In this document: positions 1 to 9,011 of the stretch, in pieces
Position numbering within the stretch: the first letter of the stretch is position 1
Layout of the letters: each line of letters starts with the position of its first letter
NCBI GenBank assembly: GCA_020348445.1
Contig: CP070751.1
Location: 3,758,495 to 3,822,494, forward strand
Reading direction: 5' to 3'
Length of the DNA stretch: 64,000 nucleotides
Source: Thermoplasmata archaeon
GTDB lineage: Archaea; Thermoplasmatota; Thermoplasmata; GCA-020350865
Translations under genes and position numbers: made by a program
The notes under the pieces: model-generated
Told to the model about the DNA's origin: nothing
The model's database searches: none
The model's input: only the letters and a program-made list of their open reading frames with translations

Positions 1-94
1 ACCTAAACCCCCGTAGAGTGATAATGGTTTTAGGACTTAAAGCCGAGGAGTGAAAAAAAGATAAGGTCACTGTATCCGATAATAATGGGCTTAA

Positions 95-1564
95 TTAAAC
101 ACCTTTCCCATATAGTTTGATCATAGATGGTTCTTTAACAGATAATAACTTTATTAATGGTCTAAGAAATTGATGTCTTTGATAAAAATAATGCACCCCG
201 GTTTTTAGGATGAATCCTTTAATGGATTTTCTTCTATATCTGTCTTTTACGATAAAAGATGTAAGTAAATATTTTCTTAAGTGAAATCGGAATATTTTAT
301 CTAGTATATCACTTACAAATTCACTATGGTCATACTCTTCGATGTCTATCACAGGATGAACATAATTCCAATTTTGGTAGTCCCAATCTTTTATCCATGC
401 CTTGTTTTTCTTATAATATTGTGTCCATGGATAGGGGGTAAAAATATATGGCAATACCAAATCGGGATCCCATTTTTGAACAGTTTTAAATTTCATATTT
501 AACGAATTTTTTGTTTCATGTCTATCTCCTACAAGTAAGTTTACGATAGTCATGATATCGTGCTTTTTTAAGTAAGCGATGGCCTGTTTATTTTCATATA
601 CTGTTGTTCCTTTTCTTAATTCGTTTAGAAGATGTTGATCAGTTGCTTCAACTCCCAAATCAACAGTTACAATTCCAGATTTTTTATACAGGGGTAAATA
701 TTCTTTATCTCGAACTACATCAGTTACCCTTAAGTTTAAAGTCATATGTATTTGGAGATTGCGATTCACTACATCTTTTAGCATCTGAAGCCATAATTTC
801 TGGTCAAAAGACGGATTTTCATCAGCAAAGAAGAAATGGGTCACACCGAATTTTTTGTTTAATAGTTCCAATTCATCAACAAATAGTTTTGGATTCCTTG
901 TCCTGTACTTTTTCCAGAAATTCCATTGACCGCAAAACTCACAAAAAAATGGACATCCTCTTGAAAAACCAACCACAGCCATCTTTTCATTTGTGACTTT
1001 GTTTTTATAAATTTCCCAGTCTTCTATTAGCTCCCAAGCTGCACGCACAGAATCTAGATCTTTTATGGGCTCTCTGTCAGGATTCACTACATAACCTTTT
1101 TCATTTCTCCAAACCAACCCATTGATTTTCTCCATGGAACGATTTCCATTTATAGCCTTTAACAATTCCTTGATAGTTATCTCACCTTCTCCTCTTATTA
1201 TATAATCAACCTCTGGATGTTCCTTCATGATCTGATGAAATGTGAATGTTGGATGTATTCCCCCTAAAACCGTTATGATCTTACTGTTAACTTTCTTTGC
1301 ATTTTTTAAGATAGCAAGTGATTTTTTAATGGTGGCAGTAGATGCACTACTGCCAGTGCACACCATATCAGGTCTTCCTTTTTTTAATATCGAAATAATA
1401 TCCCTTATTGAAAGGTTCTTTTTGGAAGCATCGATTAACTTCACATTATGATTATCATCAATCAATGCACCGCCGACATACAAAAGCCCCAAGGGAGTCA
1501 TTGTGCCAACAGGAATCTCAGCCCCACCACAATGATAATTAGGATTTATAAGCAAGATTCGGAT
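95..1564 (-). CDS. bchE: BchE-like cobalamin-dependent radical SAM enzyme
   Basis: N-terminal B12-binding domain opening (I)RILLINPNYHCGGAEI; radical SAM motif SRGCPFFCEFCGQW; RVTDVVRD and TTVYENKQAI segments match BchE as I recall it. Track start is TTG 1555; the frame extends to ATC 1564 just after an AGGTGAT SD. Confidence 0.75.
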   Translation of the reverse strand: MRILLINPNYHCGGAEIPVGTMTPLGLLYVGGALIDDNHNVKLIDASKKNLSIRDIISILKKGRPDMVCTGSSASTATIKKSLAILKNAKKVNSKIITVLGGIHPTFTFHQIMKEHPEVDYIIRGEGEITIKELLKAINGNRSMEKINGLVWRNEKGYVVNPDREPIKDLDSVRAAWELIEDWEIYKNKVTNEKMAVVGFSRGCPFFCEFCGQWNFWKKYRTRNPKLFVDELELLNKKFGVTHFFFADENPSFDQKLWLQMLKDVVNRNLQIHMTLNLRVTDVVRDKEYLPLYKKSGIVTVDLGVEATDQHLLNELRKGTTVYENKQAIAYLKKHDIMTIVNLLVGDRHETKNSLNMKFKTVQKWDPDLVLPYIFTPYPWTQYYKKNKAWIKDWDYQNWNYVHPVIDIEEYDHSEFVSDILDKIFRFHLRKYLLTSFIVKDRYRRKSIKGFILKTGVHYFYQRHQFLRPLIKLLSVKEPSMIKLYGKGV

Positions 1565-1864
1565 TTATATCACCTTTATTCCTTATAGAAATAATATATA
1601 CTATAATTAAGAATTTCTAAAAGTCTCTTTGAAAGTTCCGAATATAGGGCAGATGGCCTGCGTATAAGGGAGGAATATAGAAAGTGCAGATTCCGCAGGC
1701 CTTCGTGAAGTGAGGACCAGTTCGAGAGGATTGATTGGCAAAAACTTTATCTTCGTAGGGAGATATTGGTACAAGATGCGGGGCTGTTAATGCCATTCCA
1801 TAATATAAGCGAGGTCGTAGGTATGCAAGATAATAAATGAGGAGAATTAATCGTATGTGATGAA

Positions 1865-2257
1865 GTGGATATTAAGGATCTTAGAAGAATGAATCTTGTT
1901 GGGACAATTTTTTTTGCTCTTTTCGGGAGTATCGGTGTAGCATCTATTTTTAATAGTTATTACAGTATTCAAAGACAATTTCCAAAATATGACTTTTCTG
2001 GAACTTTAAACCTTGCAATAATTTTACTTTGCATAGTAGTAATTTTTACAATTCTTTTATATAGATTTACAGTGATTGGTTTAGATCGAGGGAACTATAA
2101 AGGTGCCAAATTTTTCACATTGATAGGGATTCTTGTTGGATGGATAGGTTGGATCATTCCTTCAATTGTATTTATAAAATCCTTTCTCTCATTCGATGAA
2201 GCGATCGGACGTATTAAGAAAATTGAAAGCCCCAAAATGTCATTGAGAGATAAATAA
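1865..2257 (+). CDS. small membrane protein (about 3 TM), paralog of the 7928-8299 fragment
   Basis: Hydrophobic segments; the C-terminal IGLDRGNYKGAKFFTLIGILVG...SFDEAI matches the ORF at 7934. Confidence 0.7.
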   Translation: MDIKDLRRMNLVGTIFFALFGSIGVASIFNSYYSIQRQFPKYDFSGTLNLAIILLCIVVIFTILLYRFTVIGLDRGNYKGAKFFTLIGILVGWIGWIIPSIVFIKSFLSFDEAIGRIKKIESPKMSLRDK

Positions 2258-2396
2258 AGAAGATCTTTAAAAATAAAGTTAGGGTAAGACGGAGGTGGAA
2301 GGGCGAAAAAGATAAAATACATTAAAGCGTTGAATAAGAGTATTAAGCCAAGTTCATGGCTTAAAGGCGAAGGTGATTAACAGTTGAGGGATTCAC

Positions 2397-2627
2397 ATGG
2401 GAAATTTGTTACATTTATTCCATCATCATAAACGAAAAAAATACGAAACGGAGAAGATGAAAGAATCGACAAAAGAGCAATATGATAAGGAATTGAAGAA
2501 TCAACCGAAAAAATTTGATTATTATTGCCCATCTTGTCTTTTTCAAACAGATACATATTCTAAAATCTGTCCTAAATGTAACAAAGGAAAATTACAACAA
2601 ACAACCGGGAATGTTACTTCAAAATAA
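2397..2627 (+). CDS. small zinc-ribbon protein
   Basis: CPSC...CPKC motif; SD-like GAGGGA upstream of ATG. Confidence 0.6.
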   Translation: MGNLLHLFHHHKRKKYETEKMKESTKEQYDKELKNQPKKFDYYCPSCLFQTDTYSKICPKCNKGKLQQTTGNVTSK

Positions 2628-2779
2628 TGTATAATTAATACACTATGTAAAATCGGAATAATGAGGAAATAATGAAAACTGTTAAAGTACTTAAATACAA
2701 TAAAGGTGTGTAGGGAAGGGGTTAAAGCACGAGGCAAAAAGCTTCAAATATATCTGGAACTTAGGAGGAAAATGAAATA

Positions 2780-3061
2780 ATGGCAAGAAAATGCCCCCAC
2801 TGTAAAGCCCGACTAGGGACATTAGCCACTTCATGTTGGAAATGTAAATCCCCCGTAGATTATTACAAATCTCAATCAAAAGAAGTTGATCATAAAGAGA
2901 TAGAAGAGCCTAGAAATATCGGGAAACTAGTTATTGTTCCATATGTAATGGTCACGATTTTGGCAATTATTTTAGTATTGATTATTGCTGTTGGGGGGGG
3001 AATTATATCTACTTATTCTTCTAGTATATATGGGCATAATAGTATTCGGATCATTATTTAA
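2780..3061 (+). CDS. zinc-ribbon + TM protein, N-terminal part of a probably frameshifted gene
   Basis: CPHC...CWKC then a TM helix; GGAGG SD upstream; G8 run at 2993-3000. Confidence 0.6.
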   Translation: MARKCPHCKARLGTLATSCWKCKSPVDYYKSQSKEVDHKEIEEPRNIGKLVIVPYVMVTILAIILVLIIAVGGGIISTYSSSIYGHNSIRIII

Positions 3062-3425
3062 AAAATCTTGGAAAGCAGAAAAAGTGATGGAATTGAATAA
3101 GATGGACCCTTGGGAAGATTTTCCTTTTTGTGCCCATGGTAACATAATAGAGAACATTTTTACGGCACAGAAACTACCAGAATGGGAAGTAAAAAAATCG
3201 GGGTTAGTCGTAGACACTACCATTTTGATATTCGACTTTATTTTATGGATATTATTGATAATACTAATGCGCTTTCAAGGTCCAGATTTACATTGGTGGT
3301 CACATTTTGGCCCAATAATCGAAATTTTTGCCATATATGTTCTTTATCCAATATTTCTATTTATACTCATATTAATTTATTACAAGGATATCAAGATCTA
3401 TAAATCTAAAAAACTTCAGCTGTAG
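2985..3425 (+). CDS. membrane protein, C-terminal part of a probably frameshifted gene
   Basis: Multiple TM segments; joins in frame to the 2780 ORF if one G is removed from the G8 run. Confidence 0.55.
   Translation: MLLGGELYLLILLVYMGIIVFGSLFKKSWKAEKVMELNKMDPWEDFPFCAHGNIIENIFTAQKLPEWEVKKSGLVVDTTILIFDFILWILLIILMRFQGPDLHWWSHFGPIIEIFAIYVLYPIFLFILILIYYKDIKIYKSKKLQL
2993..3000 (+). repeat. G8 homopolymer at the frameshift point
   Basis: ttGGGGGGGGaatt is seen directly at the overlap of the two ORFs. Confidence 0.8.
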
Positions 3426-3641
3426 TTATAAATATGAATTGCCATAAGGCATACTTTTTTTGCCCTTAGTATTTATATGCTGCACTGACATAAGCAGTGG
3501 GGGCTCCCAGGGCAATCCCACAAAAGGATAATAAGTATCCAATATACCATTTAATTTTAAGCCAAGATTTGAACTTAAGGCGAGGGTTTGCATCACATAA
3601 TTGTATGAAAGGGTGCATTGAACATCCTGAGGCGATAGCTG

Positions 3642-4073
3642 ATGAATAAGAGAATGGAAATAAAAGAGGAAGTTATTAAATTATTGATCGAGCTCTCAAA
3701 GGATTTTTATCCGAGACAATATATTTGTAAATTAGTGAGATCAGATGAAATCATCGATGAAATCTCGATTTTATCGAATCTTAAAAAGAAAATACCAGAA
3801 TTAAAACCTGTTCTACTGAATTTATTGGGTCCCTTTTCGTACAGCCCCTTTCTTGAACAATTTGCAGTAAGCCCCGACATATTATTTGAACAGGATTTTG
3901 TTGGTTTTGCAATCAGCCATATTGATGACTCATCAACACCCACAGAATATGATAAAAAATTGTTTGCACATTGTGGTGATGTTCACATTATAATCGCTCA
4001 TCCTTTTAATAATTGTTCTTGGGCTGCTTATGATAATAATGGAAATAAAATCAATTTAGAAATAATAAATTGA
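3642..4073 (+). CDS. degenerate JAB/MPN (Mov34/JAMM) family protein
   Basis: YPRQY near the N-terminus; AISHIDDSSTPTEYDKKLF...HIIIAHPF...WAAYDNNG follows the archaeal JAMM layout (HSHP-x5-PSxxD...HIIVGYPY...WRAYD). Confidence 0.65.
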   Translation: MNKRMEIKEEVIKLLIELSKDFYPRQYICKLVRSDEIIDEISILSNLKKKIPELKPVLLNLLGPFSYSPFLEQFAVSPDILFEQDFVGFAISHIDDSSTPTEYDKKLFAHCGDVHIIIAHPFNNCSWAAYDNNGNKINLEIIN

Positions 4074-4176
4074 AATTAAAGTTGTATCCGACCAAAAGGA
4101 GCGGAGCCTAGAGGCTGGGAGTAAAAGAGTAAAACAGTATAGCCGTCATCTTCAATAGCGTCATAGAAAGTTTTAA

Positions 4177-4202
4177 ATAGTTAAAATAACTATAATAGTT
4201 AT
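4177..4202. promoter_or_regulatory. triple half-site operator overlapping the toxin-antitoxin promoter
   Basis: ATAGTTA-aaa-TAACTAT-a-ATAGTTA (overlapping inverted repeats) between TTTTAAAT (4171) and ATG 4209. Confidence 0.7.
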
Positions 4203-4208
4203 GATAAC

Positions 4209-4436
4209 ATGGCATATAAAACAATTAATGTGACACCAGAAACATATGAAAAGCTGATACTCTATAAACATGCGGGAATGACTTTTGATGAAGTTATAAA
4301 CGAAATGATGGATATGATGTCAGAAGAGGAATTCTATAAGCATGTATTAGAGGAACACAAAAAGCGCCTCAAGAAAATAAAAGCGGGAGAATATATAGAA
4401 TCTGATGATCTTAGTAAGGCTTTAAATGAGGTCTGA
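4209..4436 (+). CDS. antitoxin (archaeal DUF217/VapB-like, RHH-type N-terminus)
   Basis: MAYKTINVTPETYEKL...TFDEVINEM pattern; 75 aa, directly upstream of a RelE-like toxin. Confidence 0.75.
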   Translation: MAYKTINVTPETYEKLILYKHAGMTFDEVINEMMDMMSEEEFYKHVLEEHKKRLKKIKAGEYIESDDLSKALNEV

Positions 4437-4442
4437 GGTGCT

Positions 4443-4739
4443 TTGTTGCCTAAATATAAAATTATTTATGGTAAGGATTTTTTAAAAGACCTTAAGAAAA
4501 TCATAAAAAGTGGTGAGAAAAAGATAAAAGATAAAGTTGAGCAAGTTGTTGAAAAATTATTAATTGATCCACACAAGAAAAGATCTGGGGTCGATATAAA
4601 ACTAATATCGTCAAGAAAAGAAGCGGTGTATCGCGTTCGAATAGGCAAATATCGAATTATATATCAAATTGATGAAAAAGAAAAGAAATTATACATCACC
4701 ATGATTTTTCTAAAAACAAGTAAGCAAGATTATAGATAA
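4443..4739 (+). CDS. relE: RelE/ParE family type II toxin
   Basis: Basic 98 aa protein; YRVRIGKYRIIYQID motif; TTG start after GAGGTG. Confidence 0.85.
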   Translation: MLPKYKIIYGKDFLKDLKKIIKSGEKKIKDKVEQVVEKLLIDPHKKRSGVDIKLISSRKEAVYRVRIGKYRIIYQIDEKEKKLYITMIFLKTSKQDYR

Positions 4740-4877
4740 TCAATATACTCGGTGGTGTATAATTATGGTAACTATCATAATAGGAAATGGCAGATTGGTA
4801 AAATATCATTAAAGTTAAATATATTCAGTTACATAGTAGCCATGGTTATTTAAAGGACACTAGGAGGTGTGCTAGTA

Positions 4878-7800
4878 ATGGGTGAAGATATTAAGCGTAT
4901 ATTAATGGTAATTTTAGGGATGATATTGATATTATCGGCGATATCAATAATCCCTTTAAAGGAGCCCATTCTTGATTGTGCATCTGCAGGCTCAATCTGG
5001 GTTCAAACCACTGAGACAGATTTCAATGCAGGGACTTTAGAAAATGTGACTGTCACACCTGAGGGTAATGTGACGCTTGCATTACAGACCAAAAATATAG
5101 AAGAAGATTTCACCGACGAATCTAATATCAGTTATAAAATAAATGTGATTGTAGATAGCGTATTAGGGGAAGCTAGGCTGGTAAAAGGTATCAATAAAAC
5201 ATTTGGCGGGCCAGATATAGATTGGGGTTGGTGGGTTCAACAAACCAGCGATTTTGGATATGCTCTTTTCAGCGAGACTGGATCTTTTGGGGCAGGTGAT
5301 TTGGACGCATGGTTGATCAAGACCGACGAAAAAGGAAATGAAGAGATAAACAAAACATTTGGTGGTCCTGCAAAGGACGGAGCAAGATCAGGCCAGCAGA
5401 CCAATGATGGCGGATATATTCTTGGCGGATATGCCGATTCCTTTGGTTTTCCTGGTCATGACGGTTGGTTGATAAGGACAGATTCACTTGGAAATGAGCT
5501 ATGGAACTATACATACGGCGGTCCCGGAACAGATGCTTTCTACTCTGTTGTGCAAACCACAGATGGCGGTTTCGTTGCAACTGGATATGAGACTTCATAT
5601 GGACCTCCAGGTTATAACGTTTGGCTGTATAGAACAGACGCAGTGGGATCTGAGCTATGGACTAGATATTACGGGGAGGGAGGTTCAGAATATGGAATGT
5701 CTGTTAAGCAGACATCTGATGATGGATATATTATTACAGGTACCACAGATTCTTTTGGAACTGGAGACACCGATTTATGGTTGATAAAGACAGATGTAAT
5801 AGGAATTGAACAATGGAATCATACATTTGGAGGACTTGCTGATGATTGGGGTGGCTCGGTTTTTCAGACCTCTGATGGAGGATATATCGTCTCAGGCGAT
5901 ACAAGATCCTACGGCTCTGGTGGTTATGACGTATGGCTGATTAAAACCGATGAATTTGGTAATGAAGAATGGAATATGACATATGGTGAAGCATTTGTCG
6001 ATGACACGGGATATTGTGTTCATCAGACTTTTGATGGGGGATACGTCATAGCTGCAAGCGCGACCAATTTATTTACCGGCTACACAGATATCTGGTTGAT
6101 AAAGACTGATAGTAATGGTAATGAACAGTGGAGGAGGATTTTTGGAGGGGCAGCTTCTGATTGGGGATACTCTGTTGATCAAACCGTTGATGGAGGTTTC
6201 ATTCTCATTGGATATACAGCATCGTATGGAGCAGGAAGTATAGATGTGTGGTTGATTAAAACCGATACCCAAGGAAATATCAGTTCTGAAGGTGAACTGA
6301 TTTCTGCCAACATGCTATCAGGGAAAAATGCATTTTCCATTGATACTTTTAATTGCACAGCATCCATTCCTCCTGGTACCCTTGTGCAAGTTCAATTTTC
6401 ACAGGACAAACTCGATTGGTATGATTCTGCCCGTGTACTAGATAGCTGGGATACTTTAACTGATGGCTTCAATTCCATTGACTTGTCTCTTCTTGGATGG
6501 GGTGGTTCTGAACTTTTCTACAAAATGTACTTTTTCTCAAATACTGTTGACATCCCTTCTGTAGAGAATGTTAATATTTCGTACAGTGTATATTCATCTT
6601 CGGGAGTGTTGACTTCGCAAACCTTTGATTGCGGTGAAACTAATGTTGACTGGAAGACTTTGAGTTGGATTGCATTAGAACCTCCGGGAACAGAAGTTAG
6701 ATTTCAGTTAAGGGCTGCTGATACTCAAGCCAATTTATCGACAATGAATTTTTCGGGGCCAGACGGAAGCTCAGCAACTTATTACGATTTTTCACCTGCA
6801 AATACCTGGTCGGGTCTTGATGGTTACCCATGGGTGCAATTCAAGGCTTTTTTAATAGGAACAAGTGAACTTACACCTATTTTGCAGGAGGTTACCATAT
6901 ACTATGATTTCATACCAGATGCGCCAACCAACCTCACAATAGAGATCTGGGGAAATAACCTCACCCTAAACTGGACGGCCCCACAAAGCAGTCCAAGCCC
7001 TGTAAATCACTATTTGATTTATAGGGTTAACGATCCAAATAGTTTTACTTATTCAGATTCAGAGATAATCTACAATTCCTCCAACAATCCAGGACACGAA
7101 CTAGACACCATGTGGAATGATACCCAAGCTCTATTGGACCAAAGTAACAACTATTTTTATGTTGTCAGGGCAATATCTGATGATGGTGGTAACGACACCA
7201 ATGAGAATATCGTGGGGAAGTATGTGATTCAACTTTCTGCTGGCTGGAATTTGATCTCTTTACCTTTGACTCAAAAAGATACCAGTATCTCCGAGGTTCT
7301 AAGAACGATAGATGGTCAATTTAATGTTGTTCAGTGGTATGATGCAAAAAATGGAATTTGGCGTTCTACTTCAACAGGTTTGACTGATATCAACAGAAGC
7401 ATGGGTTTGTGGATTTATATGAAAAATAAACACAATTTAAGTGTGGTTGGCGCAGTTTCAGAGTCAACTGACATTGCTTTGTATAAAGGTTGGAATTTAG
7501 TTGGGTATCCAAGTTTTACAATCAGAAATCTAAATGATGCTTTAATTGGAATAAATTGGCAGGCTGTGCAGCAGTATAACGCCTTTGATTCTAATGATCC
7601 TTGGAAGCACAATAGTGTTAGCAAGCCTGATAGATTCAATGACCTAAAGGAAATGAAACCAGGCTATGGATATTGGGTATATGCTGCAATAGATGATACC
7701 TGGGTGACAACAAGATCATATGATGACGCAAGAAGTGAGATTTGGAGAGTATATGGATTAAAGGAAAAAGACAAAGGGCAGCATAATTTTGAATTAATAA

Positions 7801-7976
7801 TTGAAGATCCATTAGAAATAACGAATGAAGAATACCTTGAAAATAATATCCCTCCAGGGAATTCAAACGATAAAAAAGAAATCAAGAGAATAGATTTCTC
7901 TCTTCTCTCTTTTATGTTGCTTGTCATATTGGTTTGGATCGGGGGGATTATGAAGCTGCAAAGCATTGGACATTGA
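4878..7976 (+). CDS. large secreted/surface protein: 7-repeat beta-propeller, FN3-like domain, GWNL-repeat domain, C-terminal TM
   Basis: N-terminal signal/TM; seven ~51-aa WLIKTDxxGNExWxxT(F/Y)GG repeats; PDAPTNLTI...LNWTAP FN3-like segment; LSAGWNLISLP and LYKGWNLVGYP repeats. Confidence 0.85.
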   Translation: MGEDIKRILMVILGMILILSAISIIPLKEPILDCASAGSIWVQTTETDFNAGTLENVTVTPEGNVTLALQTKNIEEDFTDESNISYKINVIVDSVLGEARLVKGINKTFGGPDIDWGWWVQQTSDFGYALFSETGSFGAGDLDAWLIKTDEKGNEEINKTFGGPAKDGARSGQQTNDGGYILGGYADSFGFPGHDGWLIRTDSLGNELWNYTYGGPGTDAFYSVVQTTDGGFVATGYETSYGPPGYNVWLYRTDAVGSELWTRYYGEGGSEYGMSVKQTSDDGYIITGTTDSFGTGDTDLWLIKTDVIGIEQWNHTFGGLADDWGGSVFQTSDGGYIVSGDTRSYGSGGYDVWLIKTDEFGNEEWNMTYGEAFVDDTGYCVHQTFDGGYVIAASATNLFTGYTDIWLIKTDSNGNEQWRRIFGGAASDWGYSVDQTVDGGFILIGYTASYGAGSIDVWLIKTDTQGNISSEGELISANMLSGKNAFSIDTFNCTASIPPGTLVQVQFSQDKLDWYDSARVLDSWDTLTDGFNSIDLSLLGWGGSELFYKMYFFSNTVDIPSVENVNISYSVYSSSGVLTSQTFDCGETNVDWKTLSWIALEPPGTEVRFQLRAADTQANLSTMNFSGPDGSSATYYDFSPANTWSGLDGYPWVQFKAFLIGTSELTPILQEVTIYYDFIPDAPTNLTIEIWGNNLTLNWTAPQSSPSPVNHYLIYRVNDPNSFTYSDSEIIYNSSNNPGHELDTMWNDTQALLDQSNNYFYVVRAISDDGGNDTNENIVGKYVIQLSAGWNLISLPLTQKDTSISEVLRTIDGQFNVVQWYDAKNGIWRSTSTGLTDINRSMGLWIYMKNKHNLSVVGAVSESTDIALYKGWNLVGYPSFTIRNLNDALIGINWQAVQQYNAFDSNDPWKHNSVSKPDRFNDLKEMKPGYGYWVYAAIDDTWVTTRSYDDARSEIWRVYGLKEKDKGQHNFELIIEDPLEITNEEYLENNIPPGNSNDKKEIKRIDFSLLSFMLLVILVWIGGIMKLQSIGH
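5190..6278 (+). repeat. seven tandem ~153-bp coding repeats (propeller blades)
   Basis: Repeated QTxDGGY...WLIKTD...GNE.W units in the translation. Confidence 0.85.
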
Positions 7977-8299
7977 TAGGGATTATTGTGGGATTTGCAG
8001 GAGGTATTCTCCCTTTGATCATATTTATAATATCTTATATTTCGTTCGATGATGCGATCCGAACACCGCAGCATAGCCCAACTAATTATGGCATTTTTCA
8101 ACAACCCAGTCCTATTAGATATTGTGATAGTTGTAGAAGACAGATTCCATTTGATAGTAAGCTTTGTCCTTATTGTGGTGTGCAACAATCCACTATTGAT
8201 TCATTCGAAAAACCACCTCCACCACCTACAGAATCTAAAAAAACTATACCTGTGGAAGAACAACATCATAAACCGCCACCCCCACCTCCACCGAAGTAA
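7928..8299 (+). pseudogene. 5'-truncated paralog of the 1865 membrane protein, with zinc ribbon and Pro-rich tail
   Basis: IGLDRGDYEAAKHWTLIGIIVG...SFDDAI aligns with the C-terminal half of ORF 1865; an in-frame TAA at 7871 leaves no N-terminal half; CDSC...CPYC; PPPPP tail. Confidence 0.6.
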
Positions 8300-8338
8300 A
8301 AACTACCATTACAAAGGAGTATAAAAAAAACAAATATA

Positions 8339-8345
8339 TTTATAA
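8339..8345 (+). promoter_or_regulatory. TATA box of the hypCAD operon (probably leaderless)
   Basis: A-rich BRE-like tract then TTTATAA, ~23 nt upstream of the hypC ATG, which has no SD. Confidence 0.55.
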
Positions 8346-8367
8346 CCCCCCACCCATTCAGCCCCCC

Positions 8368-8592
8368 ATGTGCCTTGCAGTTCCTGGTAAGATACTGAGT
8401 ATAGACGAAGACCAAATCGCGAACGTGGATTTCGGGGGAGTAGAAAGACCTGTCAACGTCTCATTGGTGGATGTATATGAAGGAGACTATGTCATAGTTC
8501 ATGCAGGATATGCGATTCAGGTTTTAAGCGAGGAGGATGCACTCCAATCCTTGGAAATGTTCAGGCAGATTTTGGAGGAGCAAAATGCATGA
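8368..8592 (+). CDS. hypC: hydrogenase maturation chaperone HypC
   Basis: MCLAVPG N-terminus; VDFGGV; GDYVIVHAGYAI. Confidence 0.97.
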   Translation: MCLAVPGKILSIDEDQIANVDFGGVERPVNVSLVDVYEGDYVIVHAGYAIQVLSEEDALQSLEMFRQILEEQNA

Positions 8593-9001
8593 GTACTCCA
8601 TCATGGTGGACATCGTCAATGCAGCTCTGAAGTCCATTGAGAACTATGATGTGGAGAGTGTCCAGAAGATTTTTTTGGATGTGGGTGAATTGACCTTCTT
8701 AAACCCAGAGCAGCTCAAATTCTGCTTCACAGTGTTGATCAAGGACAATATACTAAAAGGTGCTGAGCTTGAGATACAACAAAAGAGGGCCGAAATAGAA
8801 TGTAAATCATGTGAATACAAAGGGCCCCTCGAAAAACAACCAGAAGAGGATCATTTCAGGATACCTAGAATCTCCTGCCCGAAATGCGAAGGTGAGATCA
8901 AGTTGCTGAGTGGAAGGGAGTGCATTTTAAGGAACATCAAGATGACGTTAAGGGATGAGAATCCAAAGGAGCAAAAAGAGCAGGTGAGCAACACGAGTTG
9001 A
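8585..9001 (+). CDS. hypA: hydrogenase nickel insertion protein HypA
   Basis: MHE N-terminus at 8585 (the track start at 8537 is too long); VGELT; CKSC...CPKC. Confidence 0.95.
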   Translation: MHEYSIMVDIVNAALKSIENYDVESVQKIFLDVGELTFLNPEQLKFCFTVLIKDNILKGAELEIQQKRAEIECKSCEYKGPLEKQPEEDHFRIPRISCPKCEGEIKLLSGRECILRNIKMTLRDENPKEQKEQVSNTS

Positions 9002-9011
9002 GGGAATTTAA

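Noticed and set aside
1656-1701. GGCCTGCG...CGCAGGCC inverted repeat upstream of the B12 enzyme as a cobalamin riboswitch
   Set aside because: Only an 8-bp stem; I could not find the B12-box or other conserved riboswitch elements on either strand. An Rfam cmscan would settle it.
3480-3535. Short GC-rich hairpins (CACTG/CAGTG, GTGGG/CCCAC) as an ncRNA
   Set aside because: Stems of 5 bp with no recognisable family features; within chance.
5190-6278. CRISPR or DNA-level repeat array
   Set aside because: Repeats are degenerate, in frame and protein-coding (propeller blades); there is no repeat-spacer structure.
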